Source: the human T2T-CHM13v2.0 reference genome, Homo sapiens
NCBI RefSeq assembly: GCF_009914755.1
Contig: NC_060928.1
DNA: 64,000 nucleotides
Direction: 5' to 3' (one strand)
The translations under genes and the position numbers were made by a program. Below are positions 34,960-48,689 of this stretch, one piece after another (position 1 is the first letter of the stretch; each line of letters starts with the position of its first letter). The notes below the pieces were generated by a model that made no database searches, had not been told where the DNA came from, and saw only the letters and a program-made list of their open reading frames with translations.

Positions 34960-35672
34960 AGTACTAATAACTATAGAAATAGCATCTACTACCTTTACTT
35001 GGTAGTGTTACCAGAAAGGGGTCCTGATCCATACCCCAAGAGAAGGTTCTTGGATCTTGCTCAAGAAAGACTTCAAGGCAAACCCGTAGAGTACAGTGAA
35101 AGCAAGTTTATTAAGAAAGTAAAGGAATAAAAGAATGGCTACTCCATAGGCAGAGCAGCCCCAAGGTCTGCTGGTTGCCCATTTGTATGGTTATTTCTTG
35201 ATTGTTTGCTAAACAAGGGGTAGATTATTCGCGCCTCCCCTTTTTAGACCATATAGGGTAACTTCCTACTGTTGCCATGGCATTTGTAAACTGTCATGGC
35301 ATTGGTGGGAGTGTAGCGATGAGGACACGCAGAAGTCATTTTTGTTGCCATCTTGGTTTTGGTGGGTTTTGGCCAGCTTCCTTACGGCAACTTGTTTTAT
35401 CAGCAAGGTCTTTATGACCTATATCTTGTGCAGACTTCCCATATCATCCTGTGACTAAGAATGCCTTAACCTCCTAGGAATGCAGCCCAGTAGGTCTCAG
35501 CCTTATTTACCCAGCCTCTATTCAAGATGGAGTTGTTCTGGTTAAAACGCATCTGACAGAAGTACACACCAGATGCTGAGCTGAGTGCTTTGTGTGCATT
35601 ATCTAGTTTAAAATCATAACTTTAAAAGGTGGGTATTCTCATTTCATTTTATAGATGAAGAAACTGAGATAT
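34960..35672 (-). mobile_element. MIR split by MER41
   Basis: MIR 3' part lies left of 35006, and gtgctttgtgtgcattatct...cattttatagatgaagaaactgag lies right of 35558. Confidence 0.6.
35006..35558 (-). mobile_element. MER41A-type ERV1 solo LTR (553 bp)
   Basis: Minus strand starts tgtcagatgcgttttaaccagaacaactccatcttgaatag and ends ggtaaca; lacks the MER41B GAS-containing segment; TSD gtag/gaag. Confidence 0.85.
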
Positions 35673-38214
35673 AAAATTTTAAAGATTATTGTTTTTGAGT
35701 TTTAAAAATCAAATAAATTACCCAACGTCACTTAGAGATTAAAATGTTCTGTCTCTGTTTAATTGTAGAGAATGCAGAAACATGAAATTTTCTGACATCC
35801 AAATTATATCTACCAACACCATTCTCAAGTTCACTGTTAACCTTTTGATCCCTACCTAATGGTTTCTCTCATTAAGAGTAGTCTCTTCACTAAAGTCTAT
35901 TAATACAGCAACAAATTTTCTGCTGATCCTGGAAAACTAATATTGATTATCAGATATTGTTCAAATATTAGCTGGGTGCAAAGTTTACAATTGCACCTTG
36001 AACTGGAAGAACAGAATATTACATTTCATCCTTAAAGAAAAAAAGAAAAGCATTAAAGCATTAAAGAAAAAAAATGGCATTGCTGTATTTGCAGTGTCAC
36101 TGAAATTCAAGGGATATTTTTTAGTTTTCACAGTTCAAGAGGTTTTTTTCTTAAATTTTCTTAATTCATGAATTCTTTAAGCTTAAAGTATTATTCAGAA
36201 AATTCCTATTAAGCAAGAGATACCTGGCTTTGAATAATAAACTGGTTGGTGGATAAAGTTGCTATTGAAAATCTGGAGAGTTTGCAAAATATATATTTTG
36301 CATTCTAAATCACAAAGGTGTTTTTTAGGCAACCGTAAACTTGCATCTCTCACTTCTCTGTCACTTGTATCTATCACATCTTTTCTGAGTGACCTGAGAT
36401 TTTATTGCCTCATTTCCTATTTTTCAGTTATCTGTCATTCTGAACGATATAATTGGAATGCAGCCCTATCGTTTTTGTCTAGAAACCATGGCAACAGTAC
36501 TGGAAGTTCAGGACTAAATTGCCCCAGGTTGTTTGGTGGGAATGATAGATTCTTTGGTGACAGCTCTGTCTTAATGGGGTCCCATTTCAGACATAGTCCT
36601 TCATTCTTCTCACTATCGTTTGCTGACCCTGGGGGTTCCTGTCCCTCCCTGTTAGTATTTGTGACATGAATGGGACAAAGTTAAACAGGCTTTGGTAGAA
36701 TTTGCAGTGAGACAAGAAGAATTTTCTGTGTGTAAAAGGAATCAAAAGAGTTGTAGACAAATATCTCTGTTAAATGGTAATAAAAATAGAAGATAAAAAT
36801 CAAACATCTGCATTTTGGAACATTTTTCATCAATTGTGATTAATTTTTACAGTGGAAAGCACTGTAAAATATACCCTGGTCAGCATTTAAGGTCTGGAAA
36901 ACACGTCTGGATAACTGAGAGTTTACTAGCCGATTTTAGGCCATAATATAGAAATTAAGTCCAGAACTTAAGTGTTCTAATTCAAAAGACTTACAAATGG
37001 TCATTATCATGCATCTTTGTTTCCTGTTTACCCTTGAAACAAAGAATCATTTCACTAAAGTGTATGACAAAACTTCATGGCCGAACGAAAAAAATTCCAG
37101 AAAATTGCTTTATCTGAAGGACTGAGTTTTTGCTCAAACAGTATTTGACTAGGAGTGCTCTTCAAATCTGTTTCTATGTAAATATATTTCCTTTATTTTC
37201 CTAAAATCTGACTAGATGAGTAAATTTCATGCCATAACATAAACGTCTACCCTGTAGAATTTTCAGGAGTCAGCTGAGAAAATGGGCTCTCTGGAGAAAT
37301 GATCTGTCTGCACTGTGTCCAGTCTTCAGTCTCTTTTAATATTAATCTGGACTCCTGAATGGCTCAGAATTATCCAACTGTCTTTCAAATGTTTCTAGAT
37401 TAGCCAGCTGCAGGGGTTGGGGGACAGAGACAGTATTAAGTCAATCCTTCAACCAGCTTTTATTGAGCATCTAATGTATGCCAGGCATTGTTCCAAATCC
37501 AGGTACTTAATTTGGAGTTGCCCCTGGAAACACAGAGGAGCCTGAGACAGACCTAACGATGTGCATAAAAGACACACAGCCCACATCTTAAATGTTGTCT
37601 ACTGTTTAAGTTACTAAAATGATATTAAAACCACCACAAGTCTCTAATTTTTCCAGAGTGCAATTTTACATCTAGTCCCCAAAGATTAAAGTCCAAATAT
37701 TAACATTTTCAAAAGATCAGTCCTTTGATTGCAAAAATTTTTATCAAACTAAAAGTTATTAACGACAATGAACACTAATTAGGCACCCACAAGAGACTGA
37801 GAAGGAAGCCCAAGGACTCTGCTCTGCAGAATCTTCTGGTAGGAGATACAAAGTCTCAATCCAGGTTGAAGAACACCAAATCTGGTTTCCACTGCCCTTT
37901 TCCATCCCCAGGAGCTTGCCAACATGGTCCCCTGTGGATCTGACAGTTCTTGGGCCATCTATAATTCCAGGAAAAGCTCTTGATCAATAGCCTCAGCAAG
38001 GCAGAAACATCCAAGGTTCCAGTTGAGACAAGTATGAACACCATCTGTCCTAGAATGAATCTAACAAACTCGGGAGCCCTACAGCCTCTTGCAAAACCAT
38101 TCTAATGAATTATAACAAACCAGGTAACCACCTTTGTTGTGTTTTGTTGTCCCACCTATGCGGTAAGCTTAAGACCCAGACATCTAAGGAAATGTTAACT
38201 TACCTCTACAGTCA

Positions 38215-38360
38215 TTCAGCCCTTATCAGTCACGAATTCATTCAACAGACATCTACTTATTGATTACAACGTGCCAACCCTGGGCTAAGCTCCTGAGATT
38301 CAAAGATAAATGTGAGAAGTTTCTATCTCCGAAGGAGCTGACTCTTCAGTAGCAGCCTGG
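38215..38360 (-). mobile_element. L2 3'-end fragment
   Basis: attcattcaacagacat...ttattgattacaacgtgccaaccctgggctaag. Confidence 0.55.
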
Positions 38361-39253
38361 AAAATTAATTCACTACAATTCCTCATCGTCACTATTGTTT
38401 GGAATATATTTTATTCCCACATTCACCATAATAATTCAAGACATAGCCAATAGCTTTTTCAATAGCCTTACCTTGTCTAATCTTTCTCCTCTTTTAATCT
38501 ACCCAACATTTCATTATTTTTTCCCTGAGTAGCTTTATTTTCCCCCTAAAAGTTCACACAAATCAAATTAACATATTGAATCATAAACCATGAAACTTTC
38601 TATAAGTTATCTGCTCACCTAACTGCCTCAATCTATACTGCACACCATCCTAAACCGTGTTTTCCTCTCCTTCCTAAAAAAAGATGGAGACTTATACTTC
38701 CATTTTTGTCCCGATTTACTGCAGGGATTTTAACTAACTAGTCAGACTTGGTTGGTTCTGTTTCTGAGAAATTTGTTTATTCTCTCTAACAATACTAATC
38801 AGCAACCTGAACTGTAAGTCCATATAACATGCAAGCTTAACTCTGCAGAAAAAGGCAAAGGAAGCCCAGTAGAAGCCTATGGATCAAGTACAACTGAGAT
38901 GACTATTTCACCCATTAAACATAAACATCAATTAAGTAGGAAAGCATATAAACTACATTAATAATTTTCTCTAACATTAAACCTATAAATGTACATTTAT
39001 TTTATTTACCAGTCTTACACAAGAGAGGCAAAAGTTTTTTTTTGCACTTGAGCCCAGTAATTGGAGTAAAACTACAGGTGTATAAACTACTCCCATACTG
39101 CATTCTCTGTGATTTCTAGTTTGAGGTCCTTCAAGTTGGAATGAGAACCTAAAGACACATAAAAGCAATCTTAATGCAGTAATAGAATCCTTTCGGGGGT
39201 TTGTTGTATTACTTTATTCAATCTTTTATTGTTATCTTGCCCACATCTATTTT

Positions 39254-39407
39254 TTTCAACTTTTATTTTAGATCCAGGGGTGCATGGGCAGTTTTGTTAC
39301 CTGGGTATATTGTATGATGCTGAGCTTTGCGGTAGAAATGATTCTATCACCCAGGTACTGAGCATAGCACCCAATTGTTAGTTTTTTAACCCTTAGATCC
39401 CTCCCTG
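39254..39407 (-). mobile_element. Severely 5'-truncated L1PA 3'-end insertion (~155 bp)
   Basis: caacttttattttagatccaggggtgcatg...cacccaggtactgagcatag; perfect 12-bp TSD cacatctatttt (39242-39253 / 39408-39419). Confidence 0.85.
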
Positions 39408-41834
39408 CACATCTATTTTGACAGCATATTTTAACAACTTAATCCTTCCAAACTCTTCAAATTAGTTTTGACATGAACAATTCTTTCTGTTTTTGTAACT
39501 GTATGTCATCAGTTTAAACAATATTTAATTAAATTACATAATTACAATGGAAAAACTAGCATAATCACATTTTGGGAAGAAATGCACTGCCTTTGAGGTA
39601 AGCATGTAATTTAACTATTGGAAGTATGGGGAGCAAAAGATGACAGGTGTATTCAGTGTAGCCTATAGGTTTATTGTAACATGGACATCATTCAATGTGT
39701 TTACAGAAGAAATAGAGAGCGATGGTTAATACCTTTAATTGGTTAAACAGAGCTTCAGTCCTTGCTCTTGAAACCCTTCAGTCTAATAATAGAGACAGGA
39801 AAAGCGTCTGTAGCAGGGAGGCAGGGGCACTGCTGCCTTTGCATGGAGGTTAATTTCCTACTTGCTAAGTTTTGTTATGGGATGAGGCTGTCTCTTCTGG
39901 TTCTTGTCCTCACCTAGGTGCCCCAGTCCCCTGACTTCTGTCCAGGGGGCTTACAGGTACCCAGGTTTGTTGAATGGCCTGTGTGCTTCAGTGATGAGTC
40001 TGTTGGGGAGTCAGTCTTAGAGAGTTGGTCCTCTCCTTTGCCCCTTCCTCTCCATCCTGGTCCTCCAGACCTGTTCCTTCTGCAGTATTTTTAGTTACTT
40101 ATTTTTAGCCACTTATTTTTCTCATCTCCCAGGCCCAGTATTATGTAGTCTCTCTTAAGCAGAAAAAAAAAGTTAGTCCTAAAATAAGCCTTGGGAGTTT
40201 CTTTGAATCTTTGTTTCTACTTTGATGTGGCACAAAAAACAATGTTCCTGGAGTGAGAAGAGAGAATATGGAAAACACACTGGGCATAACAAGACTAATA
40301 CTTCAAGGTCTAATTCTGCCACACACAAATGCACATATATAATTTAAAGGGATTGAAATATGTCTGAGATTTTAATAGACAACATCTCTTTAATTTTGTG
40401 CCCCTTTATGATTTATAGAATATTTACATTGTATCCCTAAGTTCAGGCCTCTGTATTCTTTCTATGGCGATGATAACTATAATTTGAGCCTTAACAAGGA
40501 AAAGTAACGGGTTAGCACTTAAATGTCATCAAATTTAATTTCTTATCCCATTCAACACTAGTGCAAAATGAAAAAAAGAAAATATCTGTGTTAGAATCAC
40601 AAAACAGGCCATTACCTTGTTCATATCAAAGCAAGGATTCAAATTTGGGTTTGCTCTCAAAACCATTAACCTAATTTATTTTAGCTGGAGAAATTGAAGA
40701 CTATATAGTCTTATTAAAAAGTGGCTACTGCTACTTCTGAAACTACTTTTAAAAGGAAATATAGCTTCTTCCTCTCTGACCTTTATTAAGAGAAGACCTG
40801 AAAAATCTTGTTATGATTTAATATTTAATTTTTTACTATTTTCAAAGCACAGTGGCTACTCAATAAGAAATGAACATGCATAAGAGAGACTAATCATTGA
40901 GTACAGAGCATTTAGTTCTAAAGAACAAATTCAAACAAGGCAACAGCTATCACTACAGAATTATTACAGCTCAGGAAACCATATACACTAGAATGTAACC
41001 TCATTACAGAACTTCTCAAGAACAACATGGATTTTACTATTTGTGCCTAAGATAAAATCAAAATTAGTAAGTCCACAAAATTAGCCAAATTTAAAGTTTC
41101 CCTACATGGTACATAAGCCACCAAAAATGTTTAAGTCTAGGTATACTTTATTAATTAGATGTTATATAATTACAATATATTTAGAGTTTTAAGATGGAAA
41201 AGAAAGACTTTCTCCTAGAGATCACTCAAAAAAAAAAAAAAAAAAAAAAGGAGAACAAGAAACGGGAACAAAAAACCTAAATTTATCCTTAACAAAACTG
41301 GAATCTTACCCCCAACCACGACCTATAAGGAAGGATATCATATGCAGGATGGCAAAACAGGGCCATGGAAAGATGAAATGACCACAGCTACAAATCTCAC
41401 TTGAAGTCGGCAGCTATCAATTCTCCAAAGTAACTGGCACATCCCACTAAGTGGGGAATCAGTAATCGCTTGCTTGAAACAATAGCAACAGATGAGCTTG
41501 CTGGTGGCCAGAACTTCCCCTGGATGAGTTTGGCACAAAGGAGAAGCAGATTTTATTTTTAGTTTACATGGCCAAAAGGAAATAATTAATAAGAGATATA
41601 GATAGATGTGGAGACAGATAAATTCATCAGAAATGGTTAAGTGGCCATTAAAAAAAAACACACACAAATACCCAAAAATGATAATGGGGAAAAAATTAAA
41701 ATTTCAGGAAAATTTAAATGAGATTACTTTGCTCAATTCTATGCAAGTAAAGTTAAGATTATAGGTGAAACAGATGATTTCTAAGAAAATATAAATGGCA
41801 AACTGACCTTCAAAAAGAAAACACCTGAAGTGAC

Positions 41835-42498
41835 TGTATTCATTTTCTATTGATGTATAACAAATTATCACAAACTTAGTGGCTTCAAACAATACAAAAT
41901 AATCTTACAGTCCTTGGGTCAGAACTCCAGCATGTTTTAGCAGAGTTCTCTGCTAAGGTGGACATCAAATGTTCAGCCAACTCTGTCCTTGCCTGGAAGC
42001 TCAACTGGAGAAACCTCTCCTTCCAAGCTGGCTCTGGTTGTTGGCAGAATCCATTTCTTCATGGTTGTGGGACTGAGCCCCCATTGTCTTGCTGGCTGTC
42101 ATCTGGAGATCACTTTCAGCTCCTAGCAGTCACTCTCAGGTCCTTGCCATGTGGCCCCCTCCAGGGCCCTCTCATAGCATGACAACTTACTTCTTCAAGG
42201 CCAGCAGGAGAATTTCTCTCACATTTCAGAACCTTCAAAGATCTTCCTTGAGGAAAGGCCAAGTCCCATTTTAAGACTCACTTGTTAGGTCAGACCTATC
42301 CAGGAAAATTTCCCTTTTGATAGAACCATAATTATATCTTCAAAACTTCTTCACCGACTTCATAGAATGTCATCTAATCACAGGTTTGAAATCCATCATA
42401 TTCACAGTCCTTTCTATACTCAAAGGAAGGAGATGATACAAGGGCATGTATAGTCCAGCGGGAATTTTGGGAACCATCTGAAAATTCTGTCAACCACA
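41835..42498 (-). mobile_element. MLT1 (D/E-like) MaLR LTR
   Basis: tgtatt...aacaaattatcacaaacttagtggcttcaaacaa...aaattctgtcaaccaca; TSD gtgac/ctgac. Confidence 0.75.
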
Positions 42499-42978
42499 CT
42501 GACCAATGACCACAGAAGAAGGAGAAAATCATTAACAATCTATTTTCTCCAAAAAAAAAAAGCACCAAACCCCATTAGTTTTTTCCAAACCTTTAAGGAG
42601 CACATACTATAATGTTCTAAAAAAACTTTTTTTCTAAAATCAGAAAAGAAAGAAATTCTTCAAATTGAATATAAAACTATCACAATATTTTTAACAAAGC
42701 TTCACCAGGGTAGCACAAAAAATAGAAAGTGATGGTATATTTTATTTATAAATACTCATACTGAAAAATGGTAATCATAAATATAATATTACACAATAGA
42801 CTAGCTATTTAAAGACTATACATCAAATTAAGTTGAGCTTTCACAGGTATGTTTCAATATTGGGATACGTATTAACAAATTCACCTTAATAGTAAATTTT
42901 AAAGGTTATCATCATCTCTACAGATAACATAAAAGCATTTGATAAAATTTGCAAACTGCTTTTGCAAAATACTTAATA

Positions 42979-43700
42979 CAGTAGATCCCCCTTATCCATG
43001 TGGATACATTCCAAGACCCCAAATGGATGCCTGAAACCATGGATAGTACCAAATCTGATTGCTGTCGGTTGGAACATGTTTCTGTTCCGGTCCTCCGTCC
43101 ACAAATGTAATGCCTTTCCCATCCTAACTAAGCACTTAACATGCACTGTAGCTATAACTTTTGCAGTTTAAGGTGTGACAGTAAAACTAGCATGAATTTC
43201 TTTTTCCTCCTGCACAATTTCATGGGTAGATTTGTTCTTAGGATAGATCTTAGCACCTCAGCATATGACTTTTTTTCTTTCCTTATTAAGTCAAGAACTG
43301 TCACCCTTTCACTTAAAGGAAGCACTTTACAGCTTCTCTGGCACATTTCAGTTGCCAGAGTCATCACTCTTGCATTTGGGGGCCATTATTAATCAAAATA
43401 TGAGTTATTTGAACACAAGTACTGCAGCAATGTCACAGTTGATCTTATAATCAAGGCTATCAGGTGACCACAGGCAGACAGTGTAGCTAGCATGGAAATG
43501 CTGGGCAGAGGAATGACCCATGTCCCAGGCAAAATGGAGCAGGAGGATGTGAGATTTCATCACACTATTCAGAACAACACACAATTTAAAACGTATGAAT
43601 TGTTTATTTCTAGAATTTTCTAACAATATTGTTGGACTGTGCTTGGCCACAGGTAACTGAAACCATGGAAAGAGAAGTCATGAATAAAGAAGGACTACTG
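42979..43700. mobile_element. MER44 (Tigger7-derived, Tc1/mariner-pogo) non-autonomous DNA transposon
   Basis: TA-flanked TIRs cagtagatcccccttatccatg / catgaataaagaaggactactg; minus-strand ORF 43152-43367 resembles a Tigger transposase N-terminus (RSCKVLPLSERVTVLDLIRKEKKSYAEV). Confidence 0.85.
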
Positions 43701-44016
43701 TATTTAGCATGATTAAAATATAAATATGTGTGTTTGTATAATGGATATATTTCAACTGAAAAGCTATCTATTTTCTTAATGAGAAAACTCTAGGAATTTT
43801 TCCATTAAATTATTATTTAACATTATTTTATATTATTCTGAAGATAGTAGGCAATGCAGTTAGATAAGAGATAAAAATACGATATAAAAATTAGAAAGCA
43901 GGGGGGAAATTTTCTATTAGGTAATATGACCTGCCTAAATAATGCAGTGAAATCAACTAAAAAATGACTATAAACAATAAGAAATCCAGTAAATTGCCTG
44001 GGTAAAATATGCATGA

Positions 44017-44018
44017 GC

Positions 44019-44052
<34 letters not shown>
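44017..44052. repeat. (GT)n microsatellite
   Basis: Directly visible. Confidence 0.95.
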
Positions 44053-44054
<2 letters not shown>

Positions 44055-47000
44055 TTGTAAATATATGGAAAACAATAGCCTTTATAAATATAAAAAGAAA
44101 CCACCCAAAGGATGAAAAGAAAAAAACAATTTACAACAGTGAAACAAAAACTAGGAATAAATTTAAGAAATGTGCAAAACTCTGTCAAAAAATGTTATAA
44201 TCTACTAAAGGACACAAAAAAAGACTTGAAAAAAATAAAAATTTATAAAGAAGATTCTCCCTATGTATACTCATAAATTTAAGGCAATCTCAGTAAAAAT
44301 GGTAATAATTTTTTTAGCTAAGCTAAGTGCTTCTAGTTCATAAGAAGAAATAGAATAATAAGAAAATTTTGGAGAAAAAATGATAAGGGGCTAATCACAA
44401 CAAATAATAAAATACATAATAAAACTAGCCTGAATAAACACAGATATCTATAGCACAAAAGTTAAATGGACCCAGATAAAAATGTGAAGTTAACATAAGA
44501 TAAAATTAACATTTCAAATCAAGACGGAGACAATAGTTTCCTCAGCGATAGTACAGAACAACTACCCATTTTGAAGAAAAAAAAATTGAATCCCACACTT
44601 CATACAAAAAGTATGAAGATCCTAAGAAGACAAATCATTTTAAGCATTAAAAATGACAAAAAATATAATTACAAAAGTTACACAAGAATTAGAATAGAGA
44701 TAGTCTCCTAAGTGTGTTTTAAAAAAAAAAAAAAACTAGAAGCAATCAACGAAAAGGTTAATTCATTTACATAAAAAAATTATGTGAAAATAAAAGTCAA
44801 ATGACAATCTGGGAAAAATTATTTGCACCTAATACCCTTCATAAATAACGATCTCTCATAAATCAACAAGATTAAGCATCATTTTTAAAAGGCAAAATAT
44901 TGCAACAGTTCACAGAAATGAAAATACAAATAACTCATCCATTGAAAGTTATTGATTCTCAATTATGATAAGAAAAATGTGAATTAATATTATAATGATA
45001 GATTTTTCACTTATCAGATTTGCAACAATCAAGAACTTTGATAGCAATGTGTTGTTTTAGAGAAATAGACACTTTCAAATACAGTCAGTCACTGTAGTTA
45101 AAAGTGGTACAACCTCTAGTTGGAACAATTAGAAAATATGTTTCAAGATGTAAAATGTGTATATGTGTTGGCTCAACAATTTTATTTCTATTTACATAAA
45201 CCAAAGATAAACTCACACCTGTGTGAAATGACACATATACAACACATGTATCTCAATATTGTTCTTATGGATGGAAAAAATGGAAAACACTAAAGATTTA
45301 TCACTAAGGGACTGATTGAATTAATTATTATCTACCTATGCTATAGATTACAGTATAGTCTTTAAAAATAATGTAACTTTATTTTTACTAGTATGGAATA
45401 ATATCCAAGTCTATTGGTAAGTGAAAAAAAGGCAAAGTATATAGAACAACTGTGCAAAAATTAAAATGAAGGGAATACAAATGTTTTTATTTATATTGAA
45501 TAATTTATATATAAAACATATATAGTATATGTGAACATATTTATAAGACAAAATTAAAATAGTTTCATATGCAGACAATATTCATAGATGTCCTCATGAA
45601 TCCAACAAATATTTGTCGAAAGCCTATTATGTGAAAATGACATTGCTATTGAAAATAATATAATATTATAATCTGCAGGAATGACAAGGTCTCTACCTTA
45701 TGAAATTGAGTGCCAAAAAGATTATACATAAACAAACATGATCATTTAAATCAGCCAGTATTACAAGGCAGGATGCCCATAATATAGAACAGTTATAACT
45801 GACCACATAATTGACTTGGTATTTATATGCCAAGGTGGAAGAGGATAGAATGGGCTGTGCTATTTCCTGGCCCCCATTTCTCACACATTAAACCCAATAC
45901 CTGGCTCAATATGCATTCTCTGTTGGCCCCTGAAGGCCCCTGACTTTTAAGATCCTCTTAATGGAAGGAATTTAGTTTGGATGGTAAGAAAAACCTTTTA
46001 AAATACATCTATATCTGCATTCATGTGTTAATATATATTTACATGAATCTCACAATTGTTTAAATACAAACTCTAGAAACAAATCCAAGGTATTGATTAG
46101 GCCAAAACTTCCAAGCTAAAGGAAGGACTTTGGTCCACTAGGAAATCCCTGAGCAAAGAGAATGAGCGATTTGTTGAATAGTGTTCTCTGCATGGCATCC
46201 CTTCCACAGGTGTGGATCCCAGGGTAGCTTCTTTTCCTCACCCCTTACACCTCCAACCTTGAGTCTCTCTCATCCAGCCATCACCAAAGCACTGTTTGCA
46301 GTGAATGTTCCATATGTTACACAACTCACAGATTTGTAGGAGAAACTACAAAACATGACACACCGGCATCCTAAAGAAAGGGGTTGTTTCTGGGCCCTTG
46401 TCCCCAAGCCGGGTCATTGGCCCCCAGCCTCCACACTTGCTAACTTGCCAAACACTTGGTTCCCAAGACAAACCACTGTCAAAGAACCTCAGTATTAATT
46501 CATAAGCATTTTCACTTTCTCCATAGTTGTCTGAAAATACAAAAGCCCCCCAGGGTGTTTAACTTATACTCCTAAAGTAGTTCATTTGACTCCCTGGAAG
46601 GGTAAAACTCAATCTCATTTTACGATTTTACACTTTTTCCCTTAAGCCATCTCTCATTAAACTATCATGACAATGCTTTGTACACATGGTTTTGTTAGAA
46701 ATAAATTCAGCCTTATAAAATGTGCTCATTGGAAATCCTTTTTATGCCAAGGATGATTCTAAAATATTTTATATACCTTCTCATTGCTTTTATGAGACAG
46801 TTGTATTAGAGACCACTCCTTACTTCTGAGCTTGCAAAGTAAGTCAAAGTGTAGTTGCATTTCATATCTAAAATGTGACAGAAGCCTTTCTGTGGCACAT
46901 CACATGCCCCCAGATACACAAGAAAATATCTGGAATTGTTCCTATGGAATTTTTTCCTACAGTATTTAGCCTAGATGACATTAAAATATCCATTTTAGTT

Positions 47001-48689
47001 CAACATGCCCAGAATTGATCTTCCAAAGAAAATATTAAAATGACTCTAAACTCATTCAGAAACTCAAAGATAAACAGAAACAGCTGCTAAATGTCTCACC
47101 AGCCAGTCTGAGATTCATTTCAATTACCCAACAAAAGATACCTCAGGTGTATCAGAGCACTTTCAAGTTAAATTTTATGTCTATTAGATATAAGCCTAGG
47201 GGCAATTATGAATTCCTTCCAGTTGTTCCTTCCTTTATGTCTAATGGCATTTTCCTAATTCCCTGTTTAATTTTATTTTAGCTTTTATAGATAGTTGTAA
47301 AGTGAGCAAGCTGTAACAGTTTACATGGCATTCAGTACCTGTGGTAAGGTCAATTTGACTTCCTATAGAAATCTTTTTAATGTTGAGATTTTTTTCCAAA
47401 GTTTTCTATTTTTCTGGTTGCCATTTTCCTCTAACAAGAAAAATGAAATATAATCTAATCATGCTAATGCTTCTAACACATCAATCTATATAAAGCAAGT
47501 CAGTTTGCCCCCCACACAAGAGGTATTTGTACAGAAAGTTTCAAAATAAAACACCTCTTCATATAGTTCTCAAGTCCTTCACCCAAAACCAAATAACAAT
47601 ATTATTGTGAGCCTTCAGAGTGTATACACACATTCACTTTAGAGGTATAAGAATTTGATTTTTGGTTCCAAGATGGCCAAATAGGAACAGCTCCAGTCTA
47701 CAGCTCCCAGTGTCAGCAACGCAGAAGACGGGTGATTTCTGCATTTCCAACTGAGGTACCAGATTCATCTCACTGGGACTTGTTGGACAGTGGGTGCAGC
47801 CCGTGGAGTGTGAGCCAAAGCAGGGCAGGACATCACCTCACCTGGGAAGTGCAAGAGGTCAGGGAATTCCCTTTCCTAGACAAGGGAAGCCATGACAGAC
47901 GGTACCTGCAAAATAGGACACTCCCACCCTAATACTGCGCTTTTCCAATTGTCATAGCAAATGGCACACCAGGAGATTATATCCCATGCTTGGCTCACCA
48001 GGTCCCACGCCCACAGAGCCTTGCTCACTGCTAGCACAGCAGTCCAAGACCCAACTGAGAGGCCGCAGCGAGGGTGGGGGAGGGGCATCTGCCATTGCTG
48101 AGGCTTGACTAGGTAAACAAAGCGGTGGGGAAGCTTGAACTGGGTGGAGCCCAGCGCAGCTCAGTGAGGCCTGCCTGCTTCTGTAGACTCCAGCTCTGGG
48201 GGCAGGGCATAGCTGAACAAAAGGCAGCAGAAACTTCTGCAGACTTAAACGTCCCTGTCTGACAGCTTTGAAGAGAGCAGTGGTTCTCCCAGCATGGAGT
48301 TTGAGGTCTGAGAATGAACAGACTGCCTCCTCAAGTGGGCCTCTGATCCCTGAGTAGCCTAACTGGGAGACACCTCCCAGTAGGGGCCGACTGACACCTC
48401 ATACAGCCGGGTAACCCTGTGAGACAAAGCTTCCAGAGGAAGGATCAGGCAGCAACATTTGCCGTTCTGCAATATTTGCTGTTCTGCCACCTCCGCTGGT
48501 GATACCCAGGAAAACAGGGTCTGGAGTGGACCTCCAGCAAACTCCAACAGATCTGCAGCTAAGGGTCCTGACTGTTAGAAGGAAAACTAACAGACAGAAA
48601 GGAATAACATCAACAAAAAGGACATCCACACCAAAATCCCATCTGTAGGTCACCATCATCAAAGACCAAAGGTAGATAAAACCACAAAG

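Larger units (their letters stand above)
42500..45480 (+). mobile_element. Highly decayed L1ME-like LINE fragments (host of the MER44)
   Basis: A-rich ORF2-like phrases (aaaagcatttgataaaattt, gaatcccacacttcatacaaaaa, gtggtacaacctct); boundaries approximate. Confidence 0.5.

Noticed and set aside
35006-35558. MER41 as an interferon-gamma/STAT1 enhancer
   Set aside because: The minus strand runs aaaaaggggagg straight into gaataatc, lacking the tandem GAS segment of MER41B; this is the A-type.
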